A DNA stretch of 64,000 bases from NCBI GenBank assembly GCA_965240325.2, contig OZ251252.1, forward strand, positions 62,001-126,000, given 5' to 3'. Both the position numbers and the translations under genes were made by a program. Origin of the DNA: Rebecca billardiae RCC1528. Taxonomy: Eukaryota > Protista > Haptophyta. Within the stretch, counting starts at the first letter, position 1. The number at the start of each line of letters is the position of its first letter. Shown here piece by piece: positions 12,250-25,207 of the stretch. The notes under the pieces were generated by a model, which saw only the letters and a list, made by a program, of their open reading frames with translations, was not told the DNA's origin and searched no databases.

Positions 12250-13516
12250 TCAGCCCGCCTCGAGCGCGGGCTCGGCCGCGCCGCTCGCGCTGAAGCCGAG
12301 CGCGCCGAGCAGCAGCGCCATCGCGCGCGAGACGGCGAACGAGGCGGCGCCCGCGAGTGCGGCGTTGAGCGTCATGCGCAGCCCGCCGGGCAGCATGCCG
12401 CCGCCGGTGACGGCGGCCTTGCACACGCCGAGGAGGAAGGTGGCGGCGGAGGTGGCGACGCAGCACGCGCAAAAGTGCAGCCCGCGCACCGCCTCCGCCG
12501 CGCCCGGCGCGCCGCCGCCCGCCGCCTGCGCCGCCGCCTGCAGCGCGCAGAAGACGACGATGGGCGTGCAGCCGCACAGCAGGAAGGACACGAACGTCAC
12601 CGCCGCGCCGCGCGCCGCCTGCCCGCCGGACTCGTCGGGCGGCAGGATGCCGAGCTCGTGCGTGAGCATGAAGTCGACGAAGAAGCCGCGGTGCCTGCAC
12701 GCGCGCACACGCCGCGCGCGCGCGCGCGTGAGCGGCGCGCGCGGTGCGCGGTGGCGTGCGCGCGTGCGGCCGCGCGCGACCGTGCGCGGCCTGCCTCACT
12801 TTGCCAGCACGCTGATCACGCCCTCCGCCTCGGCCTTGGGCACGCCCCGCGCGGTGAGCACCTGCACCATCTCCTCCTCCTCCCCCTGCCGGTTGTTGTC
12901 GTACTCCCACTCCTCGCGCGCGCGCTCGTTGGCCGCCTGCTCGCTCTCCGCGCTCGAGCTGAAGTAGTCGCCCAGCCCCATAGAGATGGCCTCGGCGAGG
13001 AGGGAGGCGCAGCCCATCACGAGGCAGACGGTCCAGGGGAGGCCCGAGCCGTAGACGGCGGAGACGATCGCGAACGTGGCGAGCGTGCCGTCCAGCCCAC
13101 CGTACACCTGGCACGCCGCCGCCGACGACCAGCGGGCCGGGGAAGGGGAGCGCGGGCGCACGCGCGAGTGCACCCGGGGCGCGGGCGCCGCCGGGGCACG
13201 GCGGTGAGCGCGGTCGAGCAACGCGGGCTCGGCGTCGTGCGCGCGCGCCTACAGCCATCGCGGCCTCCACCCAGCCGTGCGCCACGCCCACACGCGCCCA
13301 CACGCGCACACACGCGCACACACGCGCACACACCAGGTTCTTCACGTGCGGCGCTCCCTCGATGCGGCTCAGGTCGCACGCGCGCCGGCGGCAGAGCGAG
13401 CTGGCGGCAAAGTCGGTCGAATGCGCGCGCGCGAGCGCGGCTGTGTCGCGCGTCTTGTACGCCAGGCGCGACGCCGAGAGCGAGCGCGTGAGCAGCGGCG
13501 CGCCGTCCGCCACCAT
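12250..13516 (-). CDS. VIT1/CCC1 family vacuolar iron/manganese transporter
   Basis: Exons 13516-13334, 13107-12800, 12694-12250; motifs VYGGLDG, AISMGLGDYFS, ERAREEWE...EEEEM, FVDFMLTHELG. Confidence 0.9.
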
Positions 13517-13908
13517 CGCGGCACCACGCGCGGCTCGAAAGCCGTGGGACCGCCGACGCTCGAGCTGTTGACGGCACCACGTGGCCGGATTGGACCAAAT
13601 TGCATGCGCGTGCGCCCCGCTGCCGCATGCCGGCTGAATAGAGATCGAATGGCTGAATGCTGATCGACAGGCTGATGGCGGATTTTACTGCCTGACGACT
13701 GACGTGAATTTTGACGACACGGGCCGCCGCTGCAGGATAGAGGATACGATGAAGCCTATACTCGCGACAGCGTTGCGTGCCTATAGCGCAGCTGCTGATC
13801 CTGATGAAGCCAACGCGCGGTTGCCACTCGCCGCGGCGGCAGACGTGGTCCACTGGCACTCCGCGTGACCGTCACGCCGGCCCGACGGGCGACAGGCGAC
13901 ACCGTAGT

Positions 13909-15625
13909 TAGGGGGGCCAAACCGCCCATTTAAAAATGAAAAGCAAAGTCGCGTCGCATTTTCGCTCCGCCCTCGGCCTTTTAGGGTGGCGCGGAGCCTT
14001 TTTCTCGGACCCCGCTCGAAAATCGAGCTTCACGCCTTCGGACGCTCAGAGCTCGGTTCCGCTCCAGCGCGAGCGGCCGGAGGCAGTGGACCGCCGCGCG
14101 CTCGCGACCTTTGAGACGCCGAGATGGTCTCGGGTGCGCGCGCGCGTGACGCTGGTGGGCGCTACTGACCCGTGCCTTTGCGCCACCAGCGGCTCACCAC
14201 CCGCTTCTTGGCCATCTCGCGCCGTGCGCGGCGCGCGTCGGCCGGCTTGAATTGGCGCGCTGCGTGCGCCCGTCACGCTACCGCACGGTGTGGCTCATGA
14301 TCAACTCGCACAGTTGAGATCGATGCTCGCACCAAGTGCCCATGTATGTATGTGGATGCCCAGCTCGCCTAACCTGCCCTGCTGCGCCGGAATCGCCGTC
14401 AGCAGACCGGCGCGAGCTCGCGCGCAACACCTCCGCGGAGCTCGCAACTGTCATGTTCCGCTTGTAGGGCCCGTGTTTGCACCTGCCGTGGCACTTGCGA
14501 TGGTCAGTACGTTGGGTATGGGTCACGTGTGCCCTCTGATGGCGTCTGGGCGCCTCCCATTCGCCTCTCAGGACGTCGCGGACGTGCTCACAGGCAGCGG
14601 TTGGCTCATTCGACAGGTCCGACGTGCACTCGACCGTGCCTGCAAGCGCGCCCCTGTGACGCTCATGCCTGCAGAAGCAGATGCAGATGGGCCCTCATGC
14701 ACCCTGGTGCGCCCAAGACCGGCGGGAGCGTCAGAGACCGTCTCAATCTTGACACCTTGCACACGCCGGCGCTTGCCGTTGGGCTCCGCGCAGCCAGCCA
14801 GGAGCGCCGAACAGCGCCGGATCAGCCTCTGTAGGCCGAATATCCGCCCCTAAGCCCAGAAATAGCGCGGAACAGGGTAGTGCGTACCTATATGGACCAA
14901 TCCCATCCAGCCTGGTTTGGTGCAGACACGCCAGCCACCGCCTGGAGCAGACGTTTGCTGCCGAATCGCATGCTCGGCACTGTGCCGCACTGCGACGACG
15001 ACAGATTTGACCTGCCTCGTAGGTCTCGGCCAGGGAGCGGTGACGGTTGGCTCGAGTCACTTTAAACCTTGACTATGACCGAGAGCACTCCCGGGCTAAG
15101 GACGTGGGGCCGGTGCTTTGGGTCTACTATGTCTGCAATACGCCGTACGCGTGGCCGTATACACAGTCTGAAAACGTATCTCGCAGCTCGAGATCAGACG
15201 AGGCTGTATTCATCAGCATGGCGCCTATATACACAGTGGGTATGTAACGATCGGTGGCTTCTAGGAAACTACATATTTGACAGCCTGCCAGTACACAGCC
15301 TATATCGCATGTTGGGACCTGCTGCTGCTGGGGACTCAGAACGATCTCGCTGAGATGCTCTATCAAAGTGAGGTCGACATGGTCTATATGTCACATATAG
15401 GACGACCGTTACATACCGTTTCCAATAAGTTCAGGCTCATTCTAATAAGTAAATATGCTAGCCGTTACGCCCTATATTCAGGGTATGTGCACCTGATTTT
15501 TTTACATGGCCGGACCAGACCCTCCAGAGGGCAAATGATCCAGCCCGAAATCAGCTCTAAACACTCGCTAGGACCCGCGCTCGTGGCCGTCAGTAACGCT
15601 ACAGTGCCACTTTGGCCCCGCCCTA
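13909..15625. mobile_element. Putative hAT-like non-autonomous element
   Basis: Ends TAGGGGGGCCAAA and TTTGGCCCCGCCCTA (imperfect TIR), flanked by direct repeat CCGTAGT on both sides; interior has lower GC and no credible ORF. Confidence 0.6.
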
Positions 15626-16092
15626 CCGTAGTGACACTGACAGGTCACAGGGCGACAGGCGGACCGTATACAGTACGCCTGCGTGAGACCGGCTCAGGCG
15701 GCTGGCAGCACGCTGCACGCAGCGTGCCTGCGTGGCACGGCACCTCCGCGCGGCTGGTAGCGGCACGGGCCCCAACTGCCAGCAGCAGGCAGCCGCGCGC
15801 TGATCGGCTGACGATGACGATGGTGCGCGCGCGCTGCAGCCATGACGCGCCGTGCCCCTGAAGACGGTGCCGCCAGCCCGCGGAGACGACAGAGCGCAGT
15901 GCGCGCGCCACAGCAGCAGCCCGCCGGAGCCACCGCCCACCACCCAGCACGAGCACGCGCGCGGGCGGCATGCCTCCGCCTGGCCGATGATCCGGCCCGG
16001 CCGGCGGTCACGCTGCAGGGCGCGCGCGGCCGAGCAGCAGCCGCCGGCCGCCGCGCGCCCGCGTCCGAACGGCTCCGCGCGGCGCGGTTGGC

Positions 16093-18929
16093 TCAGAGCG
16101 CCGCGGCCGCGGCGGCGGGTGCGCCCTTGCGCGCCGCGACGCGGCAGAGCAGCCCCTTGGAGGTGTGGATGGTGGCGGCCGCCTTCATCCCAGGGAACTC
16201 GTCCGGCCGCTCCAGCCGCACGTCGATCCGCGGCAGCAGCACCGCGAGCACCGCCAACGACTCCAGCGTGGCGAACTGATCGCCCACACATTTGCGCTCG
16301 CCGCCGCCAAACGGGATGAAGGCGAAGTCCGCGGCCGCCTCGGAGGGGTAGAGGCCGGCGCGCTTGGACGGGTCGTACCCGGCCCAGCCCAGGATCTCGG
16401 GGTTGGTGCGCACGCGCTCCCACCGCGACGGGTCGAACGTGTCTGCGCCAGGCACGCACCCACGCGCGCGCGCAGCACCGCGCGCGCACACCGCGCGCGC
16501 GCGATATCGAGCGAGGTAGCCGCTCGGTCAGACTCGCGACGCCGCGCCGGGCGGCGCGCAGCGCGCGCGGTGGCGGGCGGCGGCGGCGGCGGGGGCAGGG
16601 CGTGCGCCGCGCGCACCCGGCTCGTCCCAGATCATGGGCGACCTGCCCATGTTGTACAGCGAGATGAACAGGTCGGACGCCTTGTCCACCTGCACCCCGC
16701 CCTTCACACCGGTGCCGCCCTCTGGCCACACGTCCGGCACGAGCGCGCGCCGGATCAGGAGCGGCGGCGCGGGGTACATGCGCAGCGTCTCGGCGATCAC
16801 GTTCTGCGTGTAGCGCAGGCCCTTGAGCTGCTCAAAGTCGATCGCGCCGCCGTCGCCGCACACGTCCGCGATCTCCTCCCGGACTTTCGCCAGGATGTCC
16901 GGGTGTTTGCACAGCTCGTACACCGCCCACGTCAGGACCGCGGCCGTCGTCTCGTGTCCGGCAATCAGCAGGGTGATCAGGTCGTCGCGCATCTGCGTGC
17001 TGGAGACCTCCTCGCCGCGCAGGTCGACGAGGAAGCGCAGCATCGACGGGTCCTTCACGTTCGAGTAGTCCTTCGCCTGCAGCGCCTCCAGGTCCGCCTC
17101 GGAGCTGAGGGCGCACGGTGGGGGGCGCGCGCGTGTGCGCGTGCGCGCGTGTGAGCGCGCGTGCGCACGAGCGCGCCAGCAGCGCGCGCGCGCCAGCGCG
17201 CGTGCCCGCTCCGCCGCGCGCGTGCCCCCGCTCCCCACGCCTCGCTCCTCGCTCCGCGTGCACTCCCCGCCCCGTCCCCGTCCCTCACGCACCGCGTGGC
17301 CATGGTGTTCTCGATGAGCCCGTACAGCACGTCGTTGAGCAGCCCCATGTCTCTCTCAAACTCTTGCAGCCTCGGCAGCAGCTGCTTGGCGCCCGGCACC
17401 TTCCAGTAGGCGAGCGGGGTGAGCGCGCGGTGCTCGACCTCGCCGAGGGTGCGGATGGCGGCCTTCACGACGGGGGACTCCTCGCTCGTCGACTCGAAGT
17501 CGAAGTTGAACACCGCCTTCCCCACGATGTCCAGCGCCACCGAGCCGAAGCGCTCCTCCAAGTCCACCGGCGGGCCCTCGGCGCTGCCGTGCGCGGCGCC
17601 GCGCGCCTCGAGGTCGGCGGCGAGCCGCTCGGCGCAGTCGGTGAACTCGCGCACCTGGGCGCGGAGGCGCGCGCGGCGTGCGGGCGCGGAGGGCGGAGCT
17701 GGGGCGTGGGCCGGGGCAGGCCGGGCGTGCGCGCGAGCCGAGCGGCGGGGCGGCGGAGCGGCGGGCAGCGCGGCGCGCGCGCGCTCGCGCCGCGCGCCGC
17801 GCAGTGGAAGCGCGCGCGGCCGCCGGCGCGGTGCGCGCCGCGCCGCACCATGCGCTCGAGGTAGAGCTTGTGGAAGGCGGGCGCGATCGCGCGGCGGCGC
17901 TTGGCCCACGTCTGCGGGTCCGCCGGGATCAGCCCCTTGCCCATGATGTCCTCGAGCACCACCGCCAGCGCGCCCTTGTCGTAGGCGCGCGTGTTCTCGC
18001 GCAGGATGTGGCGGGTGACCACGGGGTCTGAGACGACGAGGAAGGACTTGGGGCCGAAGCACATCTTGAAGACGGCGCCGTAGCGGTCGAAGTACGCCTT
18101 CATGCCTGCCCGCGCCGCGCGGCCGCGCGAGGGCCGCGCGCGCACCACCCAGCGCGGGCGGGCCGGCGGCGGCGGCGTGGCGCGCGTCAGCGCGCGCGTG
18201 CGCGCGCGCCGCGCTCGGCGCGGCGCGCGCTCGCGGGCCCGCCCCGACACCCAGCCGCTCGCGCTCGCCCGGGCCTCGTCGACCGTCCCCGCGCCACGCT
18301 GCCCGCCTCTTCCTCCCCGCCCGGACGCTCCCCCGGACTCACCCCCCGGACAGCTCCCCCGGACTGCCTGTGCGCGCACCGAGGAAGAGCGCCTCAAAGT
18401 CGAGGCCCGCCACGTCCGCGGCGGCGAGCGGCGCGCCGTCGCGCGAGGGGTAGCCGGCGAAGAGCTGCTCGATGTTGGCCTTGAAGGTGCGCGCGGTGTC
18501 GCCGAACGTGAGCTCGTCGCCCTCCCCCGCCTTGAGGAAGGGCAGCGTCTCCCACGCCCAGTCCCACACCTTGGGCATCGGAGTCATCGGCTTGGGCGCA
18601 GACTGGCGCGCGAGCGTCTTGGAGATGGCGAGGGGCGTGTTGGTGAACCACTCGAGGAACTCGGGCGGGTCGGGCAGCTCGTCCGCGCGCGTCACGTCCC
18701 GCGCCTCCTTCTCCTCCTCCGGCGTCGCCATCGAAGGGCGCGCGCGCACGGCGCGCGCCGACGCGCCGTGCGCGCCGCGCCGCGCCGCCGGGGCGGCGGC
18801 GGCGGCGGCGCGCGCCGCGGCGAGCGGGCGCGCCGAGGGCGCGCGTGCGAGCACGGACGCGCCCGCCCCCGAGCACAGCGCCGCGCACGCGAGCGCCAGC
18901 CCCAGCCACGCCGTCGCGCGCGTCGTCAT
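16093..18929 (-). CDS. Cytochrome P450 CYP97 family (carotenoid ring hydroxylase), probably plastid-targeted; multi-exon
   Basis: [58 protein letters not shown] (I helix), [21 protein letters not shown] (heme Cys); hydrophobic signal peptide plus Ala/Arg-rich transit-like region. Confidence 0.92.
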
Positions 18930-19215
18930 CAAGCCTCTCGCTCGAAACGGGGCCGCTCGGCCGGCGACGATGACGTCTCGGGCTCGCCAGCGCGGAGGAG
19001 CGGGCGGGTAAAAATTAATAACTCGAGGAAAAAGATCCGCGGCCCCGGCCGTGCTACGCAAACGATATCCGCCTCGATGACCCCTTGCTGGCACTACGGT
19101 GGCAAGTGGCAGACTGACTGGCTACCACTCTCACAACTCACTGTCTGAAACCGACACGGTGACGGTAACCATTTAGACCAACTTAGCCGACCGGGCATCT
19201 GTTGAGGAGACTGAG

Positions 19216-19458
19216 TGACGACCAGCCGGGGTCATCGTGCGGCGCTGAAGGCGAGTGAAGCCTGGCCAGACCTGTGACTGGCAGTGACTGAGTGGTCACT
19301 GCACCTGACCACCCGTACGGCGGCCCGCCTCACCAGCACGGCCGATGACGACCAGCCGGGGTCATCGTGCGGCGCTGAAGCCTGGCCCGAGACCTGTGAC
19401 TGAGTGGTCACGGCACCTGACCACCTAGTGACCTACGGCCCCCTCACCAGCACGGCCG
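19216..19458 (+). repeat. Two-copy imperfect direct repeat (~115-130 bp)
   Basis: TGACGACCAGCCGGGGTCATCGTGCGGCGCTGAAG...CTCACCAGCACGGCCG occurs at 19216 and 19346. Confidence 0.85.
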
Positions 19459-20755
19459 TAACGGGCGTCTGTACAGAGTAGTGCGTCCGACCGGGCCGCC
19501 CTCCAGCACGAGCCGCACGCTAGGTGGCGCGCTCCTTCCGCTTCCCTGCCGATTCAGATTTGACACCTGGCATCATTGGTCCCGTGAGCTGCGGCTGCTG
19601 CAGCCGCAACGTGCTGGCGCGGCGAGACAGCCTGGAGTGAGTGCGGACCAAGACCGTGACACTAAGCACCGTGGCTTACTCGTGCAGCATCCGCACCGTG
19701 CGCGCACAAAGAGTTCATAGCGTAACGCAGGGCGACGCGCGCGCGCGGCGAGCGAGCCGGACAACCACCGCCCGCCTCCACATGCAGCCCCCGCGCGCGC
19801 GGCGCGCACCATGACCATCCGCCCCAGAGTGCCGCATAGCGCGCAGCGTGCGCGGTCGCACCTGGGTCGTTGGACGTATGCCGTGGCGCGGGCACGGCGC
19901 GGCGATGCCGCGCTTGCTTCTCCCGGGGGCCTGAGGCCCCCACGCGCGGCGGACTCCGTGCGCGCGCCCCGCCTGATGAGCGCGCGGCGCGCGGCCATCG
20001 AGCCTCCATGTGCTGGGCCGTTGCGCGTGCCGCCTGGTGCGTATTCGGTCTCGTCAGATGCGTGCTCGGTCTCGTCAATCGTTACCCGCGTCGCTTGCGG
20101 CAGGCGGCAGGCAGCCCCCCTTCTAGCGGTTCTCGAGGCCAAACCATCGACGCTTGGACGCCTACGGCCGCGCGAAGCGACGGCGCCGAGCGGGCGCGCG
20201 CGCCCGGTACGAGAGGTAGACTCCCACATCGTGCCTCCACACCCCGCCCGCGCCAGCGCACCCGCCCCTGGAGCTCTTCCCGCTCGTCGACGGCGCTCGG
20301 CACCCGAGCCGAAGCGAACGCGTGCACGGTGCACGCCGCAGCGCGGCGCGACGGGCGCGCCGCGGCGCGCTCGGAATTTTCCGAAAGAGGGCTCCGAGCG
20401 TACGGGCCGACGCGCCCACTCGCGGCGCGCTCCGCGCGCGCCCCGCCAAATGCGCGTGTACAGACGAGGCGCGGGTCGACACGCTCGGGTGCTCGGCGCG
20501 GCCGTCAACAGGCCCCCCCCGCGAGTTGAAGAGCGTCCCCGGATTCCATTTTCCGGACTCTCCTTGATGCTACGCAAAGCCGCGGGGGCGGCCGTCCGTC
20601 GAAACGGCGGACGTGCCCCCCCCGCGGAAAAACCCTTTCGTCATCGGCCTTTGCGGTCGGCGAAGAATTCGCACGACTCATTTTTCCGATTTTTCGGAAG
20701 GGCCGCGATCGAGTCGCCGAGATCTCGATCTGATCTGATCTTGTCAGCGACCACG

Positions 20756-21392
20756 ATGAGCTCCTTATCAGTACAATCAGTACGCGGTACTGATAGCGTT
20801 TACTCCTGCAGACGCGCTAGAATGATGCTCACATGAAGCTACGAACGCTTGCGTCGTCGCAAATGGACCCAGGAAGGGCATGGACCTCTTCCCAACCCGA
20901 CGTCACCCGGTGTGGTGGCGTCGCGCGCGCGCGCGCGCACACGCGTACGTGTACTGATAACTTACTGATAACGTCCATAGGTACGGTCGCCGCGGGTGCA
21001 ATGCACGCGTGCACACGCTCACAACGGGGTCGCTGACGGCTCTGCGCGTGCACAGGGCGGCTCCTACCTTCGGCAGGGCTGGCTCACAGCACCATGCCGC
21101 GAAATCCGCTCTGTTTTGACTTGTGCACGCCATCGCGGGCGACAGCTCCGCCAGCCGAGGCGACCGCCATGCTGAAATCCGGCTGCTGTCAGTACCGCTT
21201 CTGAGCGCGCCAAAAACCGCCCTCGGCCGGCAATGATGGCGCCGGATGGTGCCCACGCCCGTCCCTGCACGCCCCAGCGTCAAGGCCGCTCGACGCCCGA
21301 CCACAAGGGCTCGCCGCGAGCGATCGCCGTGGACGACAGCGCTTATCAGTACGAGGTACTTATAAGAGTACTTATAGTACTGATAAGCTCAT
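20756..21392. repeat. MITE-like segment bounded by inverted TTATCAGTAC motifs
   Basis: ATGAGCTCCTTATCAGTAC at the left end versus GTACTGATAAGCTCAT at the right end; more copies of the motif at ~20775-20795, 20951-20971 and 21342-21353. Confidence 0.45.
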
Positions 21393-22527
21393 AGCCGTCA
21401 GCACTCATTCGCGACATGGGCTCCACGCCCGGTGACGACAAGTCGACAAGCGACGCGCACGACCCTGCCCCGCGCTTCAGCGCGGCTGCCGCATGAGTCA
21501 GCCCAGCCGCGATGCTGCTGCCCTCCCGTCCGACGCGTCAACTCGCCGCTCTGTCAGCGGGCGTTCCCAAGTCCGTGAGCTCACGCAACGCCGGTGAGCT
21601 TCGGTCGCCACTCCCACGGCGTGCACCTCTGACCTCAGAGTGACTCAGTGCCGTGAGTCTGGCTCGGACTGTCTGAGCCCGGCCACCCCGCGTGCCCGTG
21701 CATGGCCTCCACGCGCCACGCCCATGCGCCTGGAGTGCAGGTGGGGCCACTCGCAAGTGTCACGTGCGGGCCACGGCGCGGGGCTAGCGGGCGGGCCTGC
21801 CGTGGCTACCCGAGGGGCCGGCGCCGACTGCCGTCGCACGATGCCCGTGGCGCCCGGCGACAACGAATCAATTGTCTGCCGTCCGCACCAGTCGGGCAAC
21901 GGCGCCCCGCACGCAGCCTGGCCTTGGCGCTGTTGGCTGCATGATCCCGAGTGGCACGAACTGCTGCACAGGTCCGAGACGGGGCGAGCGCGGGAGCGCT
22001 CTGCCCCTCGGGCGCACAACCTTGTGCGCCATAGTCGCGTACCGTAAGGCATGACGGAATCAAAGTTCGAATAAGTGGACGTTCCTCGACGAATCATCGC
22101 CGTTTTGTTTTTTTAACAGCGCAGTACAGCTCGTTTGGACCCAGCTGTGGATCCAGCGAACCTCAGCAATTTCAAATTAGTTAGATCAAGGGTGTCCGTT
22201 AGATAAGGATCAACGGCTTTTAGGATGGAAGCTTTCTGCCCCTACGGGGGCCACAAACCTTCCATCTACTCAACGACTTTTGAGTTCTGATGTGAGTGAT
22301 TTGGCGATGCGCCCAATATGAGCCAATACATCATGTTGCATCAACATTGGCCAAAGCGCATCCATTCGCCGAGCTTCCGCGTTCGCGATTGATGAGGCCA
22401 ATTCGAAGCGCGCCCGGTGCCCGTGCGCTGACTGCGCTCGCCGCTTCTTGGCCTTCGAGCGCTGCCGCCCTGGGCGTTGGTCCTGGGCCGCGCCGCGCAG
22501 CCGACGTTCGAGAAGAGGCCGCCCCGC

Positions 22528-25176
22528 ATGTGGCCGCTGAGCGTGTCGGGCGCCAACGTGCCCGAAGTGGTGCTCATCACCGACCCGGTACGCGCACGCG
22601 CGCTCGCCCCGCACGCCGCCATCACCCGCGGCGCGCGCGCCGGCGCGAGGCCGCCCGCTCGCGCGGCCTCACGGCGATGCGTCGCGCCGCGCCGCGCCGC
22701 GCGCCGGCACGGGCACAGGGGCCCGACCCGGACGATGTGAAGGTGCAGGTGAGTGAGCTCGCGCTCCTTGCGCGCGCCTCTTTGCCGCTGCGCGCTCGGC
22801 ACGTGCTTTGGCGCGCGCGCCCATGCCAGCGGCGCCTTGGGCGAGCGCCTCTGCGCGCGCGTTCAAACGCTCCACCGCGCCGCACACCGCGCGCCCGCCG
22901 CGCGCGGCGGTGCTCACACGCGTGCGCGTGCGCGTGCGTGTGCGGGCTCGCAGGCGTGCCCCCGCCGCTCGCACCACGCCAGCGGCCCCGTCCGCGCGCC
23001 GTCCGGCCGCGCGCGCGTGCCGCGTGTCGCGTGCCTGCGCGCGCGAGCGCCGATGCGGCCCCCGCGATGCGACGCACCGCCCCGTGCGCCCAGCCCGCCG
23101 GGGATGCCGCGTGCCGACGTGGCGCGCGCACAGCGCCACGCCAGCCGGGCCCAACCGCACGCCCCGCCCCGGCCCTCCCCGCGCAGGCGCTGCTCGTGAG
23201 CGCCATCCTTCACAAGCACGGCCGCATCGCCCTGCGCGCCGTGCTTGCCAACGGCGGCGGGGAGCCGCTGGCGCGCGCGCGGCTGGCGCGGTGCGTGCTG
23301 GACCACGTGGGCGAGACGCGCGTGCCGGTGGGCGTGGGCTCGGCGGGCACGGCCGCGCCCGCCCAGCCGCACGAGTTCGACCTCGCCGGCTACGACGCTG
23401 TCGACGACGCGCGCATTGAGCTGGACGGCGGCGCGCTGCTGCTGCGCGCGCTGCGGCGCGCGCGCGCCGGCTCGGTGACCGTGGTCGCCATCTCGAGCCT
23501 GCGCGACCTGGCGGACGCGGTGGAGGCGGCGCCCGAGCTGGTGCGCGCGAAGGTGCGCACGATCGGCGTGATGGGCGGCCTCCGGCGCGACGCGCGCGCG
23601 CCGCACGGCTGGGCGCCCGACTCCTCTCAGAACAACGCGTTTGACGAAACCGCGGCGGGCGCCGTGTACGCGTGGGCGATGGGCGCCGGCGTGCGGCTGG
23701 TCGTGCTCGGGCGGGAGGCGGTGCCGCTGCTGCCGATGCAGCTGGCGAAGAGCTTCGCGGACCGCACCGAGTGCCCGGTGCGCGCAGGCCGTGCCGCGTG
23801 CGGGGCCGCGCACCCAGCGCGCGCCTCCTGAGCGCGCGCTGCGCTGTCGCTGCGCTGCTGGCTGGCTGGTAGCGGCCAACCGTCATCCCCGCCCCTGCGC
23901 GCGCCCTGGCGGCGGTGTGCTGCGCGGCGGTGCCGCGCGCGCGTGCGCGCGCTGCCTGCGCCAGGTGATGCGCTACCTCGCGAGCGCGCAGTTCCGCGGC
24001 CTGCAGGGCCTGTGGCGCAAGCTGTGCGCGGGCCAGCTGCCGGCGCGCTGCACCAAGCAGTGGTACTTTGAGACCTTCTGCGGGCTCTCGCCCATGCAGT
24101 TTGGGTCGAGGCCGTGGCTGGCGCAGCTGGGCGCGGACGCGGACATCGCGGCGCACCTGAACGGATTCGTCAAGCCGTGCGCGCGCCGCGCGCGCGTGGG
24201 TGCTGGCGCCCGCGCGGCCCAATCGCGCCCGCGCGCGCGCCCGCGCGCGCGCGCCCACGCCCAGTGCGCTCGCGCCTCGCCCCCGCGCACGGCCGCCGCC
24301 GCCGCCGCCGCCGCGCGCGCGCCCGCGGCTGCCGCCGCCACCGCAGGTACGACGTGATCGCGCTGATGGCCGCGCTGCCGCTCACGCGCGGCCCCTTTGG
24401 CACCGCCTTCGAGCAGCCGCTCTCCGACGCGCCGCCCCCGGACCGCCCCCTGCCCGCCGCCCTCGACCACCCCGGCCGCGAGCCGCCGCCGCCGCCGCCG
24501 GCGGGCGGCGTCGTGGTCGTGAACGGCGTGCGGCACGTGCTGCTGCTCACGCGCGCGCACGCGCCGCCGCTCGCGCCCGTGCTCAAGCTGCTGCGGGACA
24601 CGTTCGCCGAGGTGGTGCTCGCCACGCGGACGGCGGGCGCGCCGCCCGCCGCCACCTCGCCCACCCGCCGCCGGCTGCGGGGCGCTTACGGCGCGGACGC
24701 GCTCGGCGGCGGCGGCGGCGGCGGCGGCTCGCCGCTGGGCGGCGCGCCCGAGCGGCTGCGCTCGGCCGGGCGCGGGCGTGGGCGTGGCGGCGAGGATGGC
24801 GGCGAGAAGGAGGGCGTGCCGCCGCGCGCGCCGACCGCCGCGTGCGCCGCCGCGGCCAACGGCTCGGGGTGCCGCCGCTCGGCCGCGGCAGACGCGCCGC
24901 CGCGCGCGCGGCCGCGCGCCGCCGCGGCCGCGGCCGCGACGGTGGCGCCTGCGCCGCTCTCGCGTCGGCTGGTGCTCGCGGCGGCGGCGGCGGCGCCGGG
25001 CGGCGGGCGGGCGGCGTGCGCGGCGCTCGCGCCCGCCGCGCCCGCGCCGTGCTCGCCGCGCCGCGCGCCCTCGCTGCCCTCCGCCGCCGTGTGCGCGCTG
25101 CCGCCGCCGCCGGCGCGCGCGCGCTCGGCGCGCGGCGCGCTGCAAAGTGCGGCCACTACTCCGCTGCTAGCGCACC

Positions 25177-25207
<31 letters not shown>

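Noticed and set aside
19470-20750. Possible additional transposon
   Set aside because: Composition resembles other element interiors, but no convincing TIR or TSD pair could be read.
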